From positions 8,186,223-8,250,222 of the forward strand of contig NC_069002.1 in assembly GCF_001194135.2 (NCBI RefSeq): a stretch of 64,000 bases of DNA, read 5' to 3'. Made by a program: the position numbers and the translations under genes. The notes below the pieces were generated by a model. The model saw only the letters and a list, made by a program, of their open reading frames with translations. It made no database searches and was not told the DNA's origin. This DNA comes from Octopus bimaculoides (lineage: Eukaryota). Every line of letters begins with the position of its first letter. Position 1 is the first letter of the stretch. Shown here one piece after another: positions 24,539 through 34,106 of this stretch.

Positions 24539-25733
24539 CTAATGATAATGATAACTATTGTTTCAAATTTTGGCTCAGGGTCCACAAATGTAAAGGAAGG
24601 GCAACATTTGAAAATAGAACAAAGCTGGAAAAAATGCCAGCTCTCTCCCTTTACTACTACTACTACTAATAATAATAATAAGAAGAAGAAGAATAATAAT
24701 AAGAAAAAGAATAAGAAGAAGAAGAATAAGAAGAATAATAACCATAATAACAATAATAACCATAATAATAATAATAACAATAGCCATAATAACAACCATG
24801 GCATGCACTGCTCTCTCACTCAATAATAATTATTATTATAACCATAATAATAATAACAATAATAATAATAATAATAATCATTAACAAATGATAACTGGTT
24901 TTAAACAATAGGCATATAACTTGAAAATTGTTCCTTGTGTACCAAAATTCACACAATTGACATCTCATAGTTAATGTGTCTACATACTAGAAGGTCTGCA
25001 TGTAATTCTCTTTGTACAGTTTTTACTGATTCTAACCATACAAGGGCAACTGCTGGGATTTTAAGTTGGAATTTTTTTTTTTTTTTTCATACAAATACTT
25101 TAATTTTTCAAAATTTCAGCTGCATTTATATATATATATTTTTTTTTTTGCTTTCTGAATTTTTGGCACTATTTTATATTTTGAGGAATTTCAATATGTG
25201 GATTACATAAACAGCAGCAGCAACAACATCATTATGATCAGTGGCTAGAAATTCTCAAAACGATGATTATTGAATATAAAAAGGAAAATAATTAAAATAT
25301 TAGGGGAAAAAAAAAAATTCACAAAATCCACAAAAAATATCAAAATTTTTTTTTAAATAATAATGAAATATTGTATCAAGACATTAATTTTACCCCTGCC
25401 CCTTTTCTAGTATTTTTGTTGTTTGTGTTGTTGTGTTAGTTCTTTTTCTTTTTTGTATTTTATTTTACTTTTACATTGTTTTAAAAAATATCTGTTGGGA
25501 TTCTTTTTTTTTTTTTTGCTTAATTTCTACTGCATTCGATATTATCAATTAATTAAATTTTTATTTTTTGTTTGTTTGTTTTAATTTCTTACATTTAATA
25601 ATTATTTCTACATTTTCATGTAAAGTAAAAAATACCATTGCTACTACCACATCCACCACCACTACCACTACCACCACCACCACCACCACCACTACCACCA
25701 CTACCACCTCCTCCTCCTCTTCCATCGACCCAG

Positions 25734-25762
25734 AATATATCCCACTAAGACAAATCGTTTGA
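25734..25762 (+). CDS. MFSD11: Candidate terminal coding exon of copy A (QYIPLRQIV*)
   Basis: Pyrimidine-rich acceptor ctcctcctcttccatcgacccAG; phase 1 matches the exon 13 donor; gives a 452-aa protein with a YxxL motif near the C-terminus. No transcript evidence and no copy-B homolog found. Confidence 0.4.
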
Positions 25763-26018
25763 AGTACAACAGCCATGTTATTCACCCATTGAGGGTAAGA
25801 CCTCCTGACATCAAAATATAGCCTAAGGTTTTGGGTAGACACTTCATCAAGCTGCTTTGTGAGCTTGCCGCATACTTCTTTTTCCCCGTCTTTCTACCTC
25901 TCTTCTCTGTTTCTTTTATATTTCTCCTTCCTTCCTTTTCTGCATCTTCATCAGTTTTTCATTCTTCTTCCTAGAAGCTTCCATTTTTGTCTTGACATAA
26001 TGTTATGGACACATTTAA

Positions 26019-26678
26019 CCCTTTAGCATTCAGATTTCTCTGTCAAGTATAATTCTAATTTATTCACATTGCTTTGAATAAATCATCCATTATCTTGTAG
26101 CCTTGAGGTTTCAGTAATTGGAGGGTTTAATTTTTTTTGGAATAATATTGCAGGGTAGGTCTGAGTAGAGGCGCAATGGCCCAGTGGTTAGGGCAGCGGA
26201 CTCGCGGTCATAGGATCGCGGTTTCGATTCCCAGACCGGGCATTGTGAGTGTTTATTGAGCGAAAACACCTAANNNNNNNNNNGGCATTGTGAGTGTTTA
26301 TTGAGCGAAAACACCTAAAAGCTCCACGAGGCTCCGGCAGGGGATGGTGGTGAACCCTGCTGTACTCTTTCACAACTTTCTCTCACTCTTACTTCTTGAT
26401 TCTGTTGTGCCTCTAATTCAAAGGGTCAACCTTGTCACACACTGTATCACGCTGAATATCCCTGAGAACTACGTTAAGGGTACACGTGTCTGTGGAGTGC
26501 TCAGCCACTTGCACGTTAATTTCACGAGCATGCTGTTCCGTTGATCGGATCAACTGGAACCCTCGACGTCGTAACTGACGGAGTGCCAACAGAGGTCTGA
26601 GAAGCCAGATCTGATTAATTTTAACAAAAATCAAGCACAATATTTAGGCTAGATATGGCTGGTTAAAATGCTAAAGGG
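26019..26678. mobile_element. Non-autonomous piggyBac-like element: TTAA|CCCTTTAGCATT...AATGCTAAAGGG|TTAA
   Basis: Perfect 12-bp terminal inverted repeats and TTAA on both sides (26015-26018, 26679-26682). Confidence 0.75.
26166..26592 (+). mobile_element. SINE family 1 copy nested in a piggyBac-like MITE (TSD AGGTCTGAG)
   Basis: Same sequence as 15162-15545; AGGTCTGAG at 26157-26165 and 26593-26601. Confidence 0.85.
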
Positions 26679-27329
26679 TTAAAACAATTTTGGTTGCTTC
26701 CATTTAACATGAAGGAAACATGGTGCCTATTTAACAGATTTATATAACACACTAATCACTGTTCACTAAATGCTTGCTGAGTGCTGTGTATTTGGATAGA
26801 ATAGAAATTACAGGTTTTAACTACTCACATAACACAAGCAACTGTTAAGACTTTATTTCACTGCCTTTTAATAATAATGTTGATGATGTGGTTAATTTCA
26901 AAATGTAATTTGAAAATTCAGTCTTATGTGAATTGCTGTTCTTCCCTCTCTATTTTAAAGCCTTCTTATTGTTGTTACTGTTGTTGTGTAAGGTCTCACT
27001 GGAATTGATCCAGTGAATTTATCACTTTTGCTAAGAACAACAACATGGACATGTTAAATGGCTATAATCATGATTAATATGTCGTCAATAAAATAAGTAC
27101 CAGTTAAGCATTGGGGTCGATGCAATCAACTTACCCACTCCTACGAACTTGCTGGCCTTGTGCCAAAATTTGAAAGCATTATTATTGGGTGAGAGAGCAG
27201 CGCATTGCATCAAAGTGATGCTGAAGTACAAATGTGCAAAGCCCAATATACCCATCATGACAGCCCGTCTGATAAGGGTACATTGCAATTACATGTGTGC
27301 AACATGGTGATCTCAAATTGAGATTTGGG

Positions 27330-27690
27330 TTACAGCAAGTAACCTTAGATGCCAAGAACCCTCCTAAGTATCCTAGCTGTCCCTAATAATACAGTTTTCT
27401 GGAGGTGTACTAAACTGGGTTTTATGCCTTCTTCCTCTATCCACCTTTTCAGATCTTTAGGGATAGTTTCCAATGCACCTGTATATACTGGGATACACTT
27501 TACCTGCACTTTCCCTAGTCTCTGTAATTCAATGACTAGGTCCTGGTACTTTGCTATTTTTTCTATAATTCTCATATTAATGTTTTCATCATTTGAGACT
27601 ATAAAGTCAATTATCTGGCACTTTCTATTCTCTTTATCTACTTCTACCAAATCAGGCCTTCTAGCTTCTATTAATATCTCAGTCCGAATT
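27330..27690 (-). mobile_element. 5'-truncated non-LTR retrotransposon, restriction-like endonuclease C-terminus (R4/HERO/NeSL type)
   Basis: RRPDLV...IIDF...EKIAKYQDL...IPVYTGAL...LQKTVLLGTARILRRVL* matches the PD-(D/E)xK RLE tail of such elements. Confidence 0.8.
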
Positions 27691-28626
27691 ATTATTGTTA
27701 TTATTATTACCATTATTATTTCTTTTCTTTTTTTTATTTTACAGTATTATGAAATGTTGAAACAAGATGATGAAAATGAAGCTGGTGGTAACGGTGACCA
27801 TGGTAATGATAATGATGACATTGGTGATGTTGAAGATGACGATGATGACGACGACGACAAAGTTTTTGATGCAGACCAAGAACAAGACCAACTGATTAAT
27901 GAACACAAAAATTAATGAAATGTTTAACTAATGAAACAATATTATGAAAATTTGGTGGTGAAGTTGTTTTTATATGATTTCAATATATGTAAAGCATGAT
28001 CACTCTTCAATTAAAATCATTAATTATCTACAGTAAAGGCATGAACACCAGACATTCACTCTGCCTGTACTTTATAAATACGTGACTTTTAAGACAAGAC
28101 AAAACATAAACTCATTCAAAATGACTGAGAACGAGAACAAAAAAAAACATTAAATAAAAGAAAGACTGGAAAGAAAATATTGTGTTTTGGAATTATTATA
28201 AAACCTTGGTCCTACAACTATTTCTTGATGCCTGTGTGTGATATGCTTCTGTGTATGTATGTATGTATGTTTCTAAATAATCTTCAATTTTTTCTTTTGT
28301 TTTGGTTATTAGACTGTGGCCATGCTGGGGCACCACCTTGAAGAATTTTTAGTCGAATGAATTAACACCAGTGTTTATTATTTTTTGTCTTCTTATTTTC
28401 CCCCCCTAAGTTTAAGCTTAGCACTCGTTCTATTGGTTTCTTTTGCTGAACTGTTAAATTATGGGGACATAAACACATAAACACATCAACACTGGTTGTC
28501 AAGTGATGGGGGGGAATAGCCACAAAGACACACACATGTATGTATGTATGTATGTGTGTGTGTGTGTATGTATATATATATATATATAGTTCAGTACATT
28601 AAAATAACCATTTTAGGTAAAATTAT

Positions 28627-28904
28627 ACAAATATTCTATAATTATAAACATAATTATAATCAAGGCTCAGCTAATTGCTTCGCCACGCACCGAATTTAGA
28701 AATAGGAGTTAAAATGCCTTTTCTGCTACAATAGAGATCTCTCAGACAGTAACACTCTTTTTCATTTAGTGCAGCATTTGCCTACGTAAAAGAAGTATGT
28801 TACTGTCTGGGAGAGCTTTTAACTCCTATTTCTAAATTCGGTGTGTGGCGAAGCAATTAGCTGATCCCCGATTATAATTAGGTTTATAATTATAGAATAT
28901 TTGT
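28627..28904. mobile_element. Fold-back / MITE-like element with about 85-bp inverted arms
   Basis: ACAAATATTCTATAATTATAAAC...GGAGTTAAAA versus TTTTAACTCC...TATAATTATAGAATATTTGT, plus an inner CAGACAGTAACA/TGTTACTGTCTG pair. Confidence 0.65.
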
Positions 28905-29619
28905 TTGTGTGTGTGTGTATACATATGTATATAAAGATGGGTGGCTCTTTTCAGTTTCTGTCTGCCAATTCCATTCAGAAAACATTGGTCAGCACTGAGC
29001 TATTACAGAAGACACTTGCCCAAGGTGCTGCACAGTGGGACTGAACCCAAGACCACATGATTGGAAAGCAAGCTTCTTCTTATCCACCCAACCAACCAGA
29101 GTAATATCCATAAAATTTCATGCGAATATTTCCTTTTACATACAGCAGATGGCTGTACCAATCAGACTATGCTAAGAGCTCAATAAAGACATTTCTCTAT
29201 ATAACTTCATTGATTGTCCATAAAATTCGTTCATTAAGCCGGACAGCAATTTGTAAATAGTAACAAGGTTTCTCTGCTGTCAGTCTTATGGAACAGATCA
29301 AACTGCCCAAACTGTGCAAGCATGGAAGGTGAATATAGCATGATGTTGATGAGGATGATGATGAAGAATATATAAATAGCACAGATAGATTGGCAGAATT
29401 TCTTTACCTCACCGATGGCAAGAAGAAATATCAGAAACATATGATGTGATTGGGTTAAATCGACATTTATTGTATGATTAATATTTCTATTCCCAAATGT
29501 ATTTGCATGTTTATTCTTACATCTGTTTTAAATCACATCTCACTACTACAGTTCTAATGTTGTGTATCAAGTGATTTGTTGTTACTACAAAAGGCAAATA
29601 TACTACTGAAGAATATACT

Positions 29620-29809
29620 CTTTTACTTGTTTCAGTCATTTGACTGCGGCCATGCTGGAGCACCGCATTTAGTCGAGCAAATCGACCCCGGGACTTAGTC
29701 TTTTAAGCCTAGTACTTATTCTATCGGTCTCTTTTGCCGAATCGCTAGGTGACAGGGACATAAACACGCCAGCATTGGTTGTCAAGCAATGTTAGGGGAA
29801 CAAAAACAG

Positions 29810-29844
<35 letters not shown>

Positions 29845-30075
29845 CGACGGACTTCTTTCAGTTTCCGTCTACCAAACCCACTCACCTTGGGCAAATGTCT
29901 TCTACTATAGCCTCAAGCCGACCAAAGCCTTGTGAGTGGATTTGGTAGATGGAAACTGAAAGAAGCTCGTCGTATATATATATGTATGTGTGTATATGTT
30001 TGTGTGTCTGTATTTGTCCCCCCAACATTGCTTGACAACCAATGCTGGTGTGTTTACGTCCCCATAACTTAGAGG
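29620..30075. mobile_element. Fused head-to-head SINE family 2 pair
   Basis: Minus copy 29620-29884 directly abuts plus copy 29885-30075. Confidence 0.75.
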
Positions 30076-30637
30076 NNNNNNNNNNNNNNNNNNNNNNNNN
30101 NNNNNNNNNNNNNNNNNNNNNNNNNNNNNNNNNNNNNNNNNNNNNNNNNNNNNNNNNNNNNNNNNNNNNNNNNNNNNNNNNNNNNNNNNNNNNNNNNNNN
30201 NNNNNNNNNNNNNNNNNNNNNNNNNNNNNNNNNNNNNNNNNNNNNNNNNNNNNNNNNNNNNNNNNNNNNNNNNNNNNNNNNNNNNNNNNNNNNNNNNNNN
30301 NNNNNNNNNNNNNNNNNNNNNNNNNNNNNCATTCTTACCTTCCTGCCACACTGCTCATGTTAAAAGAAGTGACAACACATTAATCATGTTATAGCCACTT
30401 AACTTGTTCTTCATGTTGTTGTTCTAAGCAAAAAAGTTAACGCTGAATTCCAGGAATAACTCTCACACTTCCAAATAATGGTTTTATTTTTATCACTGTC
30501 ATACTTTTAGCACATTTCAAAACTGAAAGTGGTTCGGTGTAGAGCCATTTTCAATACAATCTGTCCTCACCCCTCTTTCTGTATGTGTACACATATGTGT
30601 GTATATACATGCACACCTATATATATATACACACCTG

Positions 30638-30676
<39 letters not shown>

Positions 30677-31010
30677 CTGAATATACATATTTATATACAC
30701 ACATACACGTGCACACGTATACATATACACCTGCATATACATATATATATATATATATGCACACATATACATAAACACCTGCATATACATATATACACAC
30801 ACAAGCACACCTATATACACTCACAAATAAATATACATACATACACACCTGCATATACATACAGACATATAAGGGTCATAAGTTAAGTTAAATCCTAATT
30901 TATATCTAACAATGATTTCAGTGCCAAATCACGTTTGACTTTGATAATGAAGAGACTAATGTATTTATCTAAACTCGTGTAACATTCATACACACAAAGA
31001 TACACTCTCA

Positions 31011-31068
<58 letters not shown>

Positions 31069-31510
31069 NNNNNNNNNNNNNNNNNNNNNNNNNNNNNNNN
31101 NNNNNNNNNNNNNNNNNNNNNNNNNNNNNNNNNNNNNNNNNNNNNNNNNNNNNNNNNNNNNNNNNNNNNNNNNNNNNNNNNNNNNNNNNNNNNNNNNNNN
31201 NNNNNNNNNNNNNNNNNNNNNNNNNNNNNNNNNNNNNNNNNNNNNNNNNNNNNNNNNNNNNNNNNNNNNNNNNNNNNNNNNNNNNNNNNNNNNNNNNNNN
31301 NNNNNNNNNNNNNNNNNNNNNNNNNNNNNNNNNNNNNNNNNNNNNNNNNNNNNNNNNNNNNNNNNNNNNNNNNNNNNNNNNNNNNNNNNNNNNNNNNNNN
31401 NNNNNNNNNNNNNNNNNNNNNNNNNNNNNNNNNNNNNNNNNNNNNNNNNNNNNNNNNNNNNNNNNNNNNNNNNNNNNNNNNNNNNNNNNNNNNNNNNNNN
31501 NNNNNNNNNN

Positions 31511-31554
<44 letters not shown>

Positions 31555-31563
<9 letters not shown>

Positions 31564-31750
31564 TTGTGTTTGTCCCCCACCATCGCTTGACAACTGATGT
31601 TGGTTTGTTTACGTCCCCGTAGCTTAGCAGTTTGGCAAAAAGAGACCAATAGAATGAGTACTAGGCTTACAAAGAATAATTCCTGGGGTAGATTTGTTGA
31701 AATAAAGGCAGTGGTCCAGCATGGCCACAGTCAGCTGACAATCAAGTAAA
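31555..31750 (+). mobile_element. SINE family 2, 3' half
   Basis: Family 2 motifs. Confidence 0.7.
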
Positions 31751-32859
31751 TGAAAACAAAAATGTGAATGTGTGTGTGTATTTTTGTTTTGCTTATTCCT
31801 TTACAGTAATAGAATAAATATCAGGTTTAAAAAATAAGTACTGGGGCCGATTCATTCGACTAAAAATTCAAGGCGGTGCCCCAGTGTGACCGAAACAGAT
31901 AAAAGATAGAAATATATGCATAAATAATCACACTTACCTGATTGTAAATATTTCAGTGTAGGTAAAATGAAAAAAACAAAAAAGGAAATACTACTAAAAT
32001 AGAATATTAAAATAGATGTATTAAGTTGAAAGACCAAATTTGGTGAATCTGAGTTTGACATCTTCAATTGTCAAAGGAAACCTGAACAATGAAATAAGAA
32101 AAAATTTAAAGTCAAATTCACTGAATCAAAACAAGAAGGGATCATTTGATTGGTTACATGCATAAAGTTAATTCTGATTGGCTGAGTGAGTGAAGTTAAT
32201 TCTGATTGGCTGAGTGAGTGAAGTTAATTCTGAATACAAAAACACATTTGATTTTCTTGTATTTTAGAAGGGACATTATGCCGACTGTAAGCACATGCAC
32301 TGAGGTTCAATTTTTTTTCTCTTACTATTATTAATTGGTTAATCATTTAACTAATTAGCTAATAAAATTTTTTGATTAATCATTCAGTTACTCTATCAAT
32401 CATACACATCACATATCCCTACCAGCGCAGTTCAGTCTACTGCACACTCACTCACTAAACTAGTTTTACATTCCTTTAACTTTCTCAATCTATTTGCATT
32501 TTTTTTATAATAGGTACATGAAGAAAGAATTTCTTTACTGCTAATATTATTGATACCACGAAATGAGACATAAATTTTCATGCCATTTGGTGGATCATTC
32601 AGTTTCTATTTTGTGTTTATAATTTACAACAAATAATTTCAATATCTTCATTTGAAATATTTAATTGTTTAGTTATATGGTATTTCTCTGTATTGCATGG
32701 TTGGCATTGACTTACAGGATTTATATAAGCCATACTGGTCGATCAATACATTGATATTGAAATGGCTATGTGGATAAGCCTGTGATATACCATGCTTCCT
32801 CATTCTGAATGTGGATTATGATAGAGGAAATCTATTTTAAAACTGCCTTCACTCATTTC

Positions 32860-33070
32860 AGATTCAAATTTTGGCACACGGCCATCAATTTTAGGGAAGG
32901 GGGCTAAGTTGATTATACTGACCCCAGTGTTGAACTGGTACTTATTTTATCGACCCTCAAAAGAATGAAATGCAAAGTCGACCATGGCAGCATTTGAACT
33001 CAGAACATAAGGACGGACAAAATATTGCTAAGCATCTTGTCTGGTGTGCTAATGATTCTGCCAGCTCACT
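32860..33070 (-). mobile_element. SINE family 3
   Basis: Family 3 motifs in reverse orientation. Confidence 0.7.
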
Positions 33071-33989
33071 GTTTCCTTAGTTTTTACCTTTGCTTGGTAC
33101 ATGATAAAAAGTAGTTGGCCTTAGGAAGGCATTCACCTGTAGAAACAATGCCAAAACTGACAAGGTAGCATGATGCTGTCCTTGAACCAATCATATTCTG
33201 TCAAAGAAGCCAACGCATACCAGTAGGAAACATGAATATTAAATGGTAATGATATGGGTCCTTAATGACTTTTATGAATTTAATAGACTGAAACTTGTAG
33301 AAGCTAACATGCATGATTACATTCATGCATGCTCTTCCACATGTTTTTGCCGAAAGGGTTAGTCAAATTATGATTCTTTAGCTTAAAATTGTTTCTTATA
33401 CTGAGGTCCGACTCTGGTTCTGTTGCCTACCAATTCTGCCTCGGTTTGTGTGGATGGATGGAGTGAGGAAAGCTTTGGTGGTTAGAGGTGTTGGAGTGAG
33501 AGAGGCAAGAGAGTTTATAAATGATAGGAAAGCTTGGAGAGGGTTTGTGGACGGATGAGTGAATTTGATGTTGCTCAAAGGGGTATGGAACTAGTATGAT
33601 GCAGCGGGGATAAACCAGCACATGCTCTTGGGCCCTGCTGCTGATTTTGGGGGTTGCATTCTATGCCTTGACCTGAGCATAGAACAGGGCTTGCCTCTTT
33701 GAGCTGGGAAATGAATGGAATGCTTGGTGTGTGTCTTGTTGTGGCTACCCACTCTTAAAAAAAATATAGGGAATAGGCCTGGGTGTGTATATATATTCTT
33801 ACACCTCAATTCACAAAATAAGAACCAGGCAGAAATCATTATTGGTGTGGAGGAATTAGTATTGTCAGTATGGAGAAATAAAATTGTTCTGCCTCAGAGC
33901 AGAAATAAAAGTAAGGTGAAAAAAAAAAAAAAAAAAAACAGAAACAGAACACAAAGAAAGTACTCACATAGAAGCATTCCAAATATACT

Positions 33990-34106
33990 TTATTTCAGTG
34001 AGAAAAATAAGATGGCAGAACATGTACTTAAAATGACTATGATGAGTAACTGCCATTGGAGTGGAAGTGCTATACTGTACAAGAAGGAGATGGCAGCTGC
34101 AAAGCA
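33990..34106 (-). CDS. MFSD11: Copy B exon 13 coding part ([38 protein letters not shown]); exon extends to the donor after 33968
   Basis: ctttcag acceptor; TAA replaces the TGG of copy A; GTGAGT donor retained 22 nt downstream. Confidence 0.88.
   Translation of the reverse strand, partial: CFAAAISFLYSIALPLQWQLLIIVILSTCSAILFFSLK

Noticed and set aside
26230-26320. Internal duplication in a SINE
   Set aside because: Spans a 10-N gap and is absent from the other family 1 copies.
29330-29450. Short acidic reading frame (HDVDEDDDEEY...)
   Set aside because: Weak acceptor, GAT-repeat origin likely, no homology support.
30529-30886. Many His/Thr/Tyr/Ile/Val/Cys-repeat ORFs and poly-X ORFs throughout the track
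   Set aside because: Translations of (CA)n, (TA)n and trinucleotide microsatellites or of N-gaps.
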